Counted from the first letter of the whole stretch, positions 34,835 through 47,771 are shown. The stretch is 63,169 bases of DNA, filler included, from Thraustochytrium aureum (GCA_012862495.1; 9 parts of 4 records of this genome joined end to end with filler, not necessarily neighbours in it), one strand, 5' to 3'. Notes: generated by a model from the sequence alone, not told the origin. Numbers and translations: made by a program.

Positions 34835-36580
34835 TCAGAGCGGCGAGAAGCCCTGCACGAGCGAGTTGACCATAGGCGTAATGAGCAAGTCGGCCACGAA
34901 GAAGAAGAACACCCCGAAGAAAATGGAGATGGGCAGCGCCGGCAGCGCCTTGTGGTACACGGCGAGGAGGAAGAGGGTCGAAGCAAGACCAGCCACGACC
35001 ACGACGTAGACGGCGAAAAAGGTTGACAGGCCGTTGAGCGCGGCGCGGCCGACGAGCACCGAGTAGAAAACAAAGTCGCCGAGGCCGAGCTTGATCGAGT
35101 CGCGGTCGCCAAACGAAGGGCCTTGAGCGAACTCGGCCACCGCCCCCGGCGGGCTCGGCATGATGGCGCCGGCATGCGTTCCGCGCTCGTGCTCGGCCCT
35201 GTAGCCGGTCTCGAGCTCGTCGACGCTGTCGTCGTCAGAGGCGTTCGACGGCGCAAACGGGCGCGAAGACGGGGGCGCCGCCATGAACACAAACATTCCG
35301 AGTGGCCCCGCCATGGCGGCCCCACCAGAGTAGTTGCCGCTGCGGCGCGCCGATTCGCGAGACGAGCTGTCCGAGGCGGCGGAAACCGAGCCGTTTGAGC
35401 CCATTTGTTGCTCGTTCTGGTCCTGGCGGTAGCCATTGTGGTGGTGGTTGGTGATGTTGGCCTCGTACAAGAGGCCAGGCATGCCCACATCCTTGTCCTG
35501 TGAAATCTCAATCAGACACTTGAGCGGCCCCACGGGGGTGAGCACGGCGCAAAGGTCGTACAGGGCCAGCATGATGAGCAGCGCCCAGCTCGTCCAGGCG
35601 GGGAGAAACGCGACGAGCAGCCAGGCCATGACCACGCTGACTCCGACGAGGTAGGCTTGGTTGACGATGACGGGCATGCCTTTTTGGTAAAAGATGGCAA
35701 TGAGCCCGCATATCGCGTAGTTCCAGAAAAAGAAGTAGAAACTGACGGCGTCGAAGGGGACGTTGTAGACTTTGAGGCCCTCTGAGACCATGNNNNNNNN
35801 NNNNNNNNNNNNNNNNNNNNNNNNNNNNNNNNNNNNNNNNNNNNNNNNNNNNNNNNNNNNNNNNNNNNNNNNNNNNNNNNNNNNNNNNNNNNNNNNNNNN
35901 NNNNNNNNNNCGGTAACGAGCCACGTGATGAGCACGCGGATCATGTTGAGGTAAACTGTGCGACGCAAGGGGTGTCAGAAGCGGGGCCCAAGCAAAAGCA
36001 ACAGTAGGTCGAGCGGGCAGCAGCAGCAGCAGCAGCAGCAAAACAACGAGCAAGCGGCCCAGTCAAGCAGGGGTGCAAGCAGGGAAAACGTACAGAGCCC
36101 GACCATCACAAATGTTGCGCCAGTGATGATGCCCACGATGAGGAGCGCGTTGGCCACCGCATAGCCGGCCTTGCTCACGTCCGAGGTAGCGGTGTTTTCG
36201 TCAAAGATCTGCGGCAACGAGGCGATGCCGCCCTGGCCGTTCCCGTTCGAGCCTGTGTTGATGTACACAACCGCGAGCGCGGCAAGGATGACCGTCACGG
36301 ATACGGGCCAGAACACGGCCAAGAACGAGTTGAACGAGTACAGGAGCTCCTTGAACGTCTCGTCCTTCTCGTTCGCCAGGTAGGCCTCGTACTGCTTGCG
36401 TTCCGCCTCGGTCATCGGACGTTGCTGGGGTGGCCCGGCGGGCAGCGGAGGGCCCGGCGGCGGCGCCCATGCTGCGCTTGCGCCCTGGCCGTCAGAGTCC
36501 GAAGAAACGGACGCTTGGCGCTCCTCCTCCTGCAGCTGGCGCTCCAGTTCGAGTTCTATGTCCTCGGCAGAGGTAGCCAT
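34835..36580 (-). CDS. PSEN: Presenilin (gamma-secretase catalytic subunit); intron 35956-36093
   Basis: YD in ALYDLCAVLTPVGPL, IKLGLGDFVFYS and ALPALPISI; intron with GTACGT donor, CTGAC branch and CAG acceptor. Confidence 0.95.
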
Positions 36581-36915
36581 GCCCTCGCCCCCTTCCCCCT
36601 CGTCGACGGCCTTGGTTGCGCTCCCATCGCGGGCCTTGCGCGTCAACACCAGCCCCCGCTGCATCTTGCCGCGTCCCGTGCGCGTTCAACACTCGTCGTT
36701 CCACGAGCTCGAGCGCCCTCGTCGGCGTTGCCAGGCCGCAAGGAGCGGCGGTCGATTCCGCGCCGCTCGCTCGCTCGGTCCTGCGGCGCTTTCTTTCGCC
36801 GGCGCCGCCGCACAGCTGCTCGAACGCCGCCCGCTCGCGTCGCGCCGCCCCAGTCGCTCGATGACTGACGGCTGGCAGCCCTCGAGGCGGCAAGCACGCC
36901 AGCAAGCAGGCCGCG

Positions 36916-36916
<1 letters not shown>

Positions 36917-36946
<30 letters not shown>
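36917..36946 (+). repeat. (GCAA)n microsatellite upstream of presenilin
   Basis: gcaa repeated about 7 times. Confidence 0.8.
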
Positions 36947-38033
36947 TCGTTTCGGCTCTGCCTCGTTCGCTTGTGCCGCATTGGCGCACGCCCTGCCCGA
37001 GGCTCGACATCATCAGGACCACAAAGGCAAAACAAACGCCAAAAACAAAAACGCGACTCAATCCCACTGGCAGCCTGGCAGTGGCAGGCAGTGCAAGCAA
37101 ACCTCGCGCTGCCGCCCCTCATGGCCTCCGCAGGGAGGGCCTTCGGGCCTCTTACGGGACGGCCCTGCTGGTTCCCCTCCCTCTCCTCCCGACTNNNNNN
37201 NNNNNNNNNNNNNNNNNNNNNNNNNNNNNNNNNNNNNNNNNNNNNNNNNNNNNNNNNNNNNNNNNNNNNNNNNNNNNNNNNNNNNNNNNNNNNNNNNNNN
37301 NNNNNNNNNNNNNNNNNNNNNNNNNNNNNNNNNNNNNNNNNNNNNNNNNNNNNNNNNNNNNNNNNNNNNNNNNNNNNNNNNNNNNNNNNNNNNNNNNNNN
37401 NNNNNNNNNNNNNNNNNNNNNNNNNNNNNNNNNNNNNNNNNNNNNNNNNNNNNNNNNNNNNNNNNNNNNNNNNNNNNNNNNNNNNNNNNNNNNNNNNNNN
37501 NNNNNNNNNNNNNNNNNNNNNNNNNNNNNNNNNNNNNNNNNNNNNNNNNNNNNNNNNNNNNNNNNNNNNNNNNNNNNNNNNNNNNNNNNNNNNNNNNNNN
37601 NNNNNNNNNNNNNGATTCGAAGCGAGGAGCGCAGGCGATGATGCCCGCCCGCCCGCCCGCCCGCCCGCCCGCGTGTGACGGCGAGGGCAGGGCGGCGGCA
37701 GCGAGGCAGCGCCAGCAGGCCTGTTCCTGTCCTGTTCCTGCCCTGTCCTGGCCTGGCCTGGCCTGGCCTGGCGTCCAGGCCGCCCTGGGTTTCTGCGCGA
37801 GGTAGCAGAGGGCTCGAGTTGCCCCGTTTCTTCGTGTTGGCCTCGGAAATGGCTGCCTTGGTCAAGACAGACCTCTCGGCTGCTCTGCTGCGGGACGGGG
37901 CGCTTGGCGCCCACATGCGACGAGCGAGCGATCGACGCAGCTCGCCCTGCGGACGGCAGATGCGCTGGCGGACTGGCCAGCTTGCTTTGAGGTAATTCGC
38001 GCGGGGCGCGGTGCGGCGCGGCGCGCCGCGAAG

Positions 38034-39461
38034 ATGCGGCGGCCAAGGCCCGGCCTAGTGCCCGGCCTGTGCGTGCGGCGCTCGCGTCTACGCAAGGAGC
38101 TTTTGGCGCTGCTCGTCGGGGTGGTCGTACTGGGGGTCTGGGGGGTGGTGATCAATGTGGCTTGGGGCCGCAGCGCGAACCAAGTTGAAGGGGAGAAGAG
38201 CAAAGTCTATGATCTTCGCGACACGCCCGCGCCTGTCGTTGCGGAAGGCCGACCCGGGGCGGCGGAGAAGGATTCCGCGGAAGCCGCGGAAGACGTTTCG
38301 CCGCTCGAGCCGAGCTTGGCAATAGAGCTGGCCAGGAGCAAGGAGCGTCGAACAATGGTGATTCTGGTCATGTCAGCGCGGCGCAACTTTGAGGCGCGCA
38401 AGGTGATCCGTGAATCGTGGGCGAACGGCCAGACCGACATCGTGTTCGTTGTGGGCACGTCTTGGTGCCCCATCCCAACAAAGTACATGGCGGACACTGA
38501 TCCGTGCGTTTGGAGGTCTGGTGTTGTCCGCAACTCAACCATGGTGACTTCGAGCGTCACGCGGGTGGCTCGCGCCGAAGCATCGATCAGCAAGCGGCTC
38601 AAAGCGGAGGCTGAAACAAACAAGGACATGCTGCTTCTGGACATGGTCGACGCGTACGGCAACCTGGCGCTCAAGACAAAGCTGGGGCTCCTCTGGGCCG
38701 ACAGGATAGGTCGGTTTGACTATGTGGTCAAGTTGGACGACGACGTGATCGTGAACGTCGATTTTTTGCGCGCCTGGCTGAACCAGCACCGCGAGAATGC
38801 GATTTGCCCGCCCCACAAGTTTTGCGTTCTCGCCCACGTCGAGTTGGCTTCGCCCGTGCTTCGTGAGGGCAAGTGGACGGAGACCACGTACAAAAGAGAC
38901 GTGTATCCGTGGTACCCGCAGGGATACGCAGGATACATTCTGTCGTCCAGCCTTGTCCGCGAGTTTGCCGTCAACAAGGACAAGCTGATGCTCCATCGCT
39001 CGGAGGACGCGGGTATCGGCATCTGGATTGAGACCTTGGGAATCGGGGACGCCGTTGTGTGGGTCCGGGACGCGAGGATGCGCGGCGAGGGCTACTTTAC
39101 GCTCAAGGACTGTCTGGGCCTTCAGGACAGGTTTTCAAAGCTCATATTCTCGCACAAACTGCGCCCTTTTGTGGTCAGGACCTGCTTCCGCCACTTGGTG
39201 AAAGTATCAGGCAGGCGCTCGTTGCCGACGAGTTGGAGGTTGTACGTCACGCTGGCTCCCACGCCGAGCCCAACAACGCCACAGCCGTCGCAGGACGAGC
39301 CTTTGGACCCTCGGGGCGCAACATCGCCACAGCCGTCGCAGGACGAGCCTTTGGACCCTCGGCTGGACGCAGTGCTGAAGCAAAGGCAGAGTTCCGGGCT
39401 AGGGGATCTACGTGATCCCTTTCTACAGCAGCGCCATTTCCGGCCACCTCAACGTGACTGA
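38034..39461 (+). CDS. GT31 family beta-1,3-glycosyltransferase, type II membrane protein
   Basis: N-terminal TM; ILVMSARRNFEARKVIRESW, DAYGNLALKT, VVKLDDDV (DxD), YPWYPQGYAGYILS, EDAGIGIW; 48-bp duplication at 39277-39362 in the tail. Confidence 0.9.
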   Translation: MRRPRPGLVPGLCVRRSRLRKELLALLVGVVVLGVWGVVINVAWGRSANQVEGEKSKVYDLRDTPAPVVAEGRPGAAEKDSAEAAEDVSPLEPSLAIELARSKERRTMVILVMSARRNFEARKVIRESWANGQTDIVFVVGTSWCPIPTKYMADTDPCVWRSGVVRNSTMVTSSVTRVARAEASISKRLKAEAETNKDMLLLDMVDAYGNLALKTKLGLLWADRIGRFDYVVKLDDDVIVNVDFLRAWLNQHRENAICPPHKFCVLAHVELASPVLREGKWTETTYKRDVYPWYPQGYAGYILSSSLVREFAVNKDKLMLHRSEDAGIGIWIETLGIGDAVVWVRDARMRGEGYFTLKDCLGLQDRFSKLIFSHKLRPFVVRTCFRHLVKVSGRRSLPTSWRLYVTLAPTPSPTTPQPSQDEPLDPRGATSPQPSQDEPLDPRLDAVLKQRQSSGLGDLRDPFLQQRHFRPPQRD

Positions 39462-39870
39462 TTGGGGCCGATTGGGGACCGACTCGGACTCTTTTTCGGA
39501 GGCGAGACCGGGCACAGGGCGGGCCGAAGAAACAATCTCGTTCCAACGGTAGCTGGACAGCTGCGCGAGCGGCAGGCGAGCCACGCTGCTGACTGGCCGC
39601 GCTGGCCGGCCCGAGCGCTGTCATCTCTTTAGAGAGATTGCAAATGCTTGTGTTTGCGCCTCACGGCCATACGCATAGATAACCAAAGCGGACTTTTGAT
39701 TCTCGTAGAGGGAAAGTGGAGTGAATGCGCGACGGGTGTTGGGCAGCGAAGGGGCCTAATCGCGAAAAGCNNNNNNNNNNNNNNNNNNNNNNNNNNNNNN
39801 NNNNNNNNNNNNNNTTAATTAATTAANNNNNNNNNNNNNNNNNNNNNNNNNNNNNNNNNNNNNNNNNNNN

Positions 39871-42800
39871 CCGCCGCTGAAAGAGCGGTGCGCCAGTACC
39901 CAGAGCACTCGTCCTGGCGTAAGCCTAGCAGCGGCAGCACGTCCAAGACCTCGCGCCGCTCCAGCCAGTCAAAGTGCTCGTCCTCGCTCGGCACGAGCAC
40001 GGAGAGCTCGTCCTCAAGGGCGTACGCGACCCAGCGCAAAGCCGCAACCAGACCTGCGCCAACTGCCTTCGCGAGCGCCGCGCGCGTGCTGGCAGAGCCC
40101 ACGTCCACCCGGGGCTTTTGCCGAAACCCGGCCGTCTCGTCGATGAGCCGCAGCCGCACCAGCTGCGCCATGACGTCGTTCACGCTGCGGTCGTTCTTAC
40201 CGACCGCCCGCTCCACGGCAAGGAGGAGCTCGGGCTCGTCCGCGCCGCTCGCGAACGCGGTTTCGAACGCCTCGATGACGACCGCGTTGTCAGCCACCGT
40301 CCAGACCGGCCCCGCTGGCACCGCCCCCCGACTTGCGGCCTTTTTCGACTTTTTCTTGATCACGCCAGTGAGCCGCACGTTGTCCAAGTCAGCCTCCTCC
40401 TCGCTCAGGTCGCTGCTAGACGCGCGTTCGCGGCGACGGTCTGCTTCCTCGCGCGAGCGCTTCTTCCTGGCGCCGCCTGGGCTCTCAGAGCCGCTATCGC
40501 TGTCGCCGTCCCGGTCTCTGCGCTCCCGGCGGCGCTCTGCGCGCTCCAGGTCGAGCGCCTCTTGCCGCTCCTCACGAAGCCGCTCCCGCTTGGCGGCTGC
40601 GTCCTCGTACCCGTTCATGAGCAGCGTGTTCTCCGACTTGTTGCGCCACACAAGCACCTCCACATAGGTCAGCGGATGCGCGACCGCGTGCGTGAAAAAA
40701 CGCCCGCAGCACCTCCTCCAGGAGCGCAAACAGCTGTGGCCGCCGCTCGCGAGGATAGGCGCCCATCGCTCGCGCAAACGTGGCAAACAGCGAGATGTGC
40801 CACAGCGAGGCCGGCTGCGCCTCGTGGAAGCGCTCCAAGAACCGCCGCACGACGCCTTCTTGCAACACCTGCAGAGCGGCCTCGGTCACAAACACCGGCA
40901 CACGGTCCGGGTCGAGGAGAAGGCACAGGTTGCGCACGGCGGTGTTACTCGTGTACGGGCGCACGACAGCCTCTACCTCGATCGCCTTCTCGCGCCGCGC
41001 TCGCTCCATCGTTTGTTGGTGCTCGGCTGCATCCTCCTCCTCCTCCTCCCCGCCTTGCATGTCGATGTCGGCCTGGCCCTGCGCCGCCTCCTCGTTCTCG
41101 GCCTCCTCCTGGAGGAACGCCTCGAGGTCGCTCAAGCCCTTGGCCCGCATAGCGGCGGTGATCTGCGCCCATCGGTGGTGCATCATCGAAGCGGTGCGCG
41201 AGGCGTCAAAGACCTGGCTGAGCGTGGGGTCTTTCAGCGCTCGGCGAAACGCTTTGGCGGTCGCTCCGCCGTGCGCCTTGACCGCCTCAGCCAGCGCGTT
41301 GGTCTCCTCCGCGGTCCACCGCTTGCCAGTGCGCCGGTCGACGCCACTGGCGGGCTTGTTTCGGGAAGCGGCGCTTGTCCCGCGGCCGTTGCGCACCTTG
41401 GCGCGAACGACAACGTTGTCGACGGCCATGGCTCCCGCGATCTCGACGAGCGCGTCGCCCATGACCGCGAGGTCCGCAAGGAAGAACCACGTGCCACCGG
41501 TCTGGTCCCAGCTCCGGACGAGACGCGCCACGAGGTCGAGCTCCTCGATGTTGTAAAACACTCTGTTGCGGAGCGACTCGACGAGGGTGCGCACGGGCGC
41601 TGACTCGGTCGCCTGCATCGTGCGCAGGAGGAGGACCATCTCCTTGAGAGCGCGCGCCGCCACCTCGAGCTCGCGCGTCTTCTTGTCGTCCTCGTACAGC
41701 TGGCAGCTCTTGAGCACGTAGTGAAACGTCCACACGTCCATCGTCTTCATGATCGGCGACTTGTCCCAGCGGTGCGAGCGCGTCTCACCGGCTTTCTCGA
41801 CACGGGTCCGCTCAAACCCTGTGCAAAGCCCGACGAGCCACTGGAACTGAAAGTGGTCCGCGGGCACGAGCCGGAGGTCCTCGCGCGAAAAGTCGCGCTT
41901 CAGCGCACTCAACAGCGGCTTGTAGCACCGCCGCACAAGCTCGAGGCACAGGTCGTGCCGCATCTTGCGGAGGCCGCGCCCCACGGGGTGGTCGCTCCGC
42001 CCAGACCCGAGCAGCATCTCGGTCTGCTGCCGCTGCTGCAGGTCAATCAGGTCCTCCTTGCGCTGCCGTCCTCCAGCACGCTTTCCGGTTCCGCCGCGGG
42101 GCCCCGCCAGGTTGGCTGCCACCGAGCTTGAATTTGCGCTCGTGGCGGNNNNNNNNNNNNNNNNNNNNNNNNNNNNNNNNNNNNNNNNNNNNNNNNNNNN
42201 NNNNNNNNNNNNNNNNNNNNNNNNNNNNNNNNNNNNNNNNNNNNCCCCGAGCGTGAGGACTCCAGCAAAGCGCGAGTGCCGCGAAGACATGCCGCGGCTC
42301 GCGTGCACGCGCTTGGCGCGGCTCTTAAGCATGAGGCTGGCAAGCGCGTCTTCACCCGCCGCGCTCGCCGTTTCAAGCGCGCGAACCACGCTCGCCCTGT
42401 TGCTTGTCCCACTTGGCGCGCCGGTGGGAACTGGCGCTCCCGGGTGCGAGCGCGCCGGCCTGGCACGGGCGTGCTCCTGGGATGCATCTGCGAGAAACAG
42501 GTCGTCAACCTGCGCGCCGCGAAAGATCTGGTAAAAGATCTCGAGCAGAATGAGGTTCCACTCTTGGTTGCCCGCGGTGCCGACAAACTCGCCCATGAAC
42601 ACGATCAGCTCGAGCACGCACTCGCGGCCGAGCATGATCAGAAAGTCTTCGTGAAGGTGCGTGTAGTGCGCGTTTTTCGTGGACCCCGACCCGGTCCCTG
42701 GCTTCGCGTCTGGGATCGCCAGCAGGTTGCGCAAGAGCCACAGGACGAGCTCCACGAGGAGCTTGTCCTCGTCGCGCCGTGCTGACCCCGTGGCAGCCAG

Positions 42801-43299
42801 AGGTCGCTCGAGCAAGTGCATGAAGGCGTGCAGCGCGCCCTCGTTGAGGAAGGCTGATTTGAACGCACGCAAATGCTCGAGGCGCTTGGCCCCGTTCTTT
42901 GCGTCTGCGGCCCCGAGGGGCATCGTGAGCTGGACCACTACCTTGGTCACCTCGGTCAGAAGCTTCTCGTCTTGCGCCCCGTACGACACCGCGAGCGGGA
43001 TCAGATAGTTTCGCACGATTGCGAGATCGCCGAAAAGGATGATGCTGTCGTTGCGCTCCTCGCGCGTGTCTGCGTTGATCTCCTTGCGGATGCGCTTGAG
43101 CGACTTGAGGCACTTGGACTCATTCTTCAAAAACGTGCTCCCGCTCCCTGCGCCCTTGGAGCTACCAGCGCGCCAAGACCGGGCCGCCCAGTTCGCTGTT
43201 AGCCTCGTCCGTCCCGCTGCGGCGCTGGCAGTCCCCTTGCCCAACTTACTACAGCGTGCCCAAGTCGGAGCAGAGGTTGAAGCAGTACGAGTCGTCCAT
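39871..43299 (-). CDS. TIMELESS: Timeless/Tof1/Swi1 fork-protection protein; intron 43162-43249; frameshift near 40697; 3' end cut by contig end
   Basis: Spliced start MDDSYCFNLCSDLGTLY...KCLKSLKRIRKEI; KVVVQLTMP, LVELVLWLLRNLLAIPD, WNLILLEIF, SRHSRFAG and RVFYNIE are Timeless-type motifs. Confidence 0.88.
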
Positions 43300-43840
43300 C
43301 GCGGCGCTCGCCGCCTTGCCGCGCGCCCGCTCCGCCGCACGTCCGCTTCGCTGTCACACTCGATACGCTCTACGCCGTGCGGCTCCTGGCTTCGCTGCGG
43401 CCGCACTCGCGCCCTCGCACGCCGTGGCAGCGCGTCAGTCAATCGATCGATCGATCGATCGATCGGTGTCTGGTGCCTGCCAAGTCCCTGCTCGACTTTC
43501 TTTTTTCAAAATCTTTAGAGGGCCGGCCGGCTTGTGGCGTGGGCAGGACGACCCTCTATTGCCGATCCCGAGCTGGCCTCGCGCTCGACGGGCTTTGGCC
43601 TTGGCCTGGCCTGGCCTGCAGCTTGTCTGATGATTGGGCTGCAGGGCCGCGGCGACGATGAAAGTGGATCGGGCGCCTGGCGGACTGGCGGGTCGATCAG
43701 GGCTTCCAGGAATCGGGCGCCTGGCGGATTGGTGGGTTGATGAGGACTTGCAGGACTGATGCAATCGTGCAGGCCCGCTCGCTGGTCGAATTGGACCGTC
43801 CAGCTCATGACGAGCTGTCCTGCTGGGTTGTCTCTTTTTC

Positions 43841-43930
43841 TAGCTTGTAGAGCTACTCTACTCTACTCTACTCTCTGGCTCTACTAGCTAGCTAGAGCAG
43901 AGCTCTACCTCGCTAGAGCTAGAGAGGGCT
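43841..43930. repeat. CTAG/AGAG-rich dispersed repeat, similar to the reverse complement of 33820-33900
   Basis: Shared ordered blocks CTGGCTCTA, GAGCTCTACCT and CTAGAGCTAGAGAG. Confidence 0.5.
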
Positions 43931-44025
43931 CACCCCGACGCGCCTCGCCCTCGGCGCGTGCTTTGCGGGCGCCGAACGGTCGGCGCGGTAGCGGCGATCG
44001 ATAGCTCACCACCTCGTTGCGTTGC

Positions 44026-45091
44026 TTACGGCGCGGCGCGGTGGTCAGCGGGAAGCTCCTCGAAAGCTCCCTCCGCAGACACGGGCAGATCGCGAAGCGC
44101 AGCCGCGGTGAGGCGATACCCAACCTCGCCGGCCGCGCACGCGACAGACTTTGCCAGACCAAACTTGCAAAGCGTCGCGAGCGCGTCCGACGGGTCGAAG
44201 ACGTGGACGTCCAGCGAATACTTTTGGTGGAGAATGTCCTGGCAGTTCTCGGCAAGGGCGGCAAACGAGATTACGGGAATGTCCTCCACCCCGGTGGCAG
44301 TGCGGCTCGTCCCGCTTAGCTCGACGAGCGCCAGGAGCGTGACAGCAACCTCCTTGACGAGCTGGTCTTGGGCCTCCCCCGCGATCCAGGTCAAGGCGGC
44401 GGGCCCCGTGGCCGTGATGTTGTCGGCCCAGAAAGAGTTGGTGATGGACGTGTAGTACGAGTAGGACATGTAGATCCGCGAAGTGACGCGGAACAAGTAC
44501 GTGCTGGAAGCGACAACCGCCGCGATCCACGCCGGGTTGGTCAGGTACCCCGAGCCCGAGCTGGCCACCACCTCCGTAATGGCGCCGCCCCCAACGAAAG
44601 CCATAATCGTGTAGTTGAGCCGGTCTGAAACCTTGAGGTAGACCTGCTTTTCGGGCAGCAAAAGCTCGATGTCCGACATGGGCACGTCGCGGAAATGCTT
44701 GACGAAGATGTGGCGCGGGTTGGCCGCGCGCTCGGCCGTGTCTGCGCCCTGCAGCTTGAAGGCCTGCGCCTGCGAGGTGGATATCGTGCTCGGGGTCGGC
44801 GCGTTCGTAAGCCTGTACACCACAACGACTTGCTTAAACGTTGGCTCCTGCAGCGTAAACTGTTGGAAAAAGTTGAGCCACGTGATCGGCTGCTCTGCGA
44901 GCGGGATGCGCCCGAGCAGGGCCTCCTCGAGCATTTTGTCTTTCGACTCTAGGACCACCTCGCTCCCCCGCGCGCCGCGGTCGCCGTCCGGCGCCTCCAG
45001 GCTGCTGCTACGAGCCGAGCCGGAGGCAGCCCCGGCCAGCGCCCACTGAGACTTTGCCGGCGCCGAGGGGAGCCGTTGCATCGCCTCTGGC
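44026..45091 (-). CDS. DUF3754/TMEM143-like membrane protein, 5' end missing
   Basis: LQEPTFKQVVVVYR, IFVKHFRDVPMSDIELLLPEK, two TM segments, AQDQLVKE and FDPSDALATLCKFGL. Confidence 0.75.
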
Positions 45092-46947
45092 NNNNNNNNN
45101 NNNNNNNNNNNNNNNNNNNNNNNNNNNNNNNNNNNTTAATTAATTAANNNNNNNNNNNNNNNNNNNNNNNNNNNNNNNNNNNNNNNNNNNNGCTTCTTCT
45201 GTCGGTGAGCTGCATACGTGCTCGTAGCGACCGCAGTTGCGGATGGCCGGCCAAGGCGGGCGAGGGAGGTGTCGCCAGAGCGCTGCGTCACTTTTCGACC
45301 GCGACAACGAGCCAACCAGGCACAGAGGGCCGGCCCTCCTTGACTCAGCTCTTGGACCGAAAACGGCACTGAACGAACTGGCCTAGCCTATCCTTGATTG
45401 TGCACCGGCAGCTCGCAGCTCGGCCTCCAGCAAGCGCGTCGGGATCGTAGAGCGCTGAAACAGCTCGTTGGATTCCGTATCCGCGGGCGAGCAGCATAGA
45501 GTTGCCGCGTTGCGCAGCCCTGAAGAGCCTCCCGCGTGTTTAGCGTTGTGTTTGTGCAGTCGGTCCGTGAGCAGGCACGGCGGGCGGGCGGGCCAGTCGA
45601 GAACGATGAGCAAATCGGTTGTCGCCTCAACGCCGAGGTCCTTCACACCCAAGTTGACCCAATATGCACACATTCGACTTTCGTCAATCAACAAGAAGCA
45701 GAACAGCCGGGGAGCGGTGGAACGCAGCGTCCCGTGCACAAGAGCGACGAAAAGTGGACCTCCGACCGAGCATAATTGATCGACGCCGAGCGCGGCGATG
45801 ACCCCCAAGGCCGCAGGCGGGACCTGCTCGCCTGTCCCGTTTGGCCGGGCAGCAACTGGTCGAACGAGATCGAAGCCGCCACTGCCGCCGCCGCAGCCAA
45901 CGGAGCGAGCGCCTTCGCCTGCGCTGTGGAGGGACGCAGGTACTCGCGGTCGATGGACGGACGGATGGATGGAAGGAGGACTGGACATCCTCGCGCTCTT
46001 TCTGCTGAGCAGCGCAGCGCCTCCGATCTCGGGCGGCCCAATCGATCGATCGCAGCTCGACGGCACCACGAAGAGCGTCTGCGAGGGGTGTGCATCCGGA
46101 GATCCGAGTGACCGTCCAGCGAAACCCGCCGGCGCGCCTGCAGCCCACAATTACCCCGAGGGGCGCTCCTCCACCGTCCGTAGTTACTCCGAGTGGACAA
46201 ATCCATGTGTCCACGTTTTACCGAGAGGCGCGTCGCGCACACGATTGCTCCGCCCTCACAAAAGACAATACCAGTGGCGGGTGCGGGAATCTATGTGAGG
46301 AATGGCCGTTACAGGCGGTGCGAGTGAGAGGCGGAGCCACAGAGAGGGANNNNNNNNNNNNNNNNNNNNNNNNNNNNNNNNNNNNNNNNNNNNNNNNNNN
46401 NNNNNNNNNNNNNNNNNNNNNNNNNNNNNNNNNNNNNNNNNNNNNNNNNNNNNNNNNNNNNNNNNNNNNNNNNNNNNNNNNNNNNNNNNNNNNNNNNNNN
46501 NNNNNNNNNNNNNNNNNNNNNNNNNNNNNNNNNNNNNNNNNNNNNNNNNNNNNNNNNNNNNNNNNNNNNNNNNNNNNNNNNNNNNNNNNNNNNNNNNNNN
46601 NNNNNNNNNNNNNNNNNNNNNNNNNNNNNNNNNNNNNNNNNNNNNNNNNNNNNNNNNNNNNNNNNNNNNNNNNNNNNNNNNNNNNNNNNNNNNNNNNNNN
46701 NNNNNNNNNNNNNNNNNNNNNNNNNNNNNNNNNNNNNNNNNNNNNNNNNNNNNNNNNNNNNNNNNNNNNNNNNNNNNNNNNNNNNNNNNNNNNNNNNNNN
46801 NNNNNNNNNNNNNNNNNNNNNNNNNNNNNNNNNNNNNNNNNNNNNNNNNNNNNNNNNNNNNNNNNNNNNNNNNNNNNNNNNNNNNNNNNNNNNNNNNNNN
46901 NNNNNNNNNNNNNNNNNNNNNNNNNNNNNNNNNNNNNNNNNNNNNNN

Positions 46948-47130
46948 GCCGGTTTTTGGGTGTGGTTTTGCTTTTCGCTTTGCTTTTTGTTGTTTTTCGA
47001 TGTTTTTTGCTTTTTCAAGTTGGTTTGGCTTTAGTAGGATTGTTGGTGTCTTTTGAAGGTTTTTGGATGGTTTTTTATGGTTTTTTTGTTTGGATGTTGT
47101 GGGTTGGTTTTTGTTGCTTTTTGCTTTGGT
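46948..47130. repeat. T/G-rich low-complexity tract beside a gap
   Basis: Nearly A/C-free sequence, unlike its surroundings. Confidence 0.6.
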
Positions 47131-47244
47131 CGTCCGAGCGATACCCGAGAATCAACGTCGATCGACGCCCATCCAACTCGATTCGACTCGCGCAGAGGCC
47201 GCCTCGGCCCCGCGCTGCTCGGGCCCTGCCTCCAGTGGCGGCCG

Positions 47245-47245
47245 G

Positions 47246-47284
<39 letters not shown>
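47245..47284 (+). repeat. (GCCT)n microsatellite; (GATT)n also at 47571-47594
   Basis: Directly visible. Confidence 0.85.
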
Positions 47285-47286
<2 letters not shown>

Positions 47287-47771
47287 GGTCGTCTGTCTGT
47301 CTCCGCTTGCCAGCGGCGGCGGCTGGCTGGCCGGCTGGATTGGATGTATGTACCCGAACGCCCTCTTGCGCAGGGGCGGGCGTACGTTGGCTGGCGAGCG
47401 GCGCAGGGTGTGAGAGAGGCGCGAACGAACACAGCAGAGCCTACTTTTCCTTTCTTCTTTCTCTCCTCTCGCCTCGGGTGTTGCACCTGCTGCGCTGCTG
47501 CTTGCTGCTGCTTTGAGCTGCCGGAGCTGCCAGACCCCCAACGCGGACAGTCGCTCAAGGCCGATTCGTCGATTGATTGATTGATTGATTGATTCATTGC
47601 GGGCGCCAGGGCGAGCGCAAGCCGAGCAGCGCCCGGACGGAAGCAGCGGGGCCCGCTGCCACCCTCCCCCACCCACCCACCCACCCACCCCGCGCGGGCT
47701 GAGCGAAGCGAAGGAAGAAGAGACGACACCCCGAGGCGGCCGCGACGCCGCTCGTGCGGACCTGTGTCGTT

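Noticed and set aside
8430..43299. Photolyase-like gene plus Timeless as a circadian gene cluster
   Set aside because: They are on different contigs separated by linkers, and this Timeless resembles the replication-fork type.
45192..46350. ORFs of 100-250 aa
   Set aside because: They translate microsatellite-containing intergenic sequence and have no motif support.
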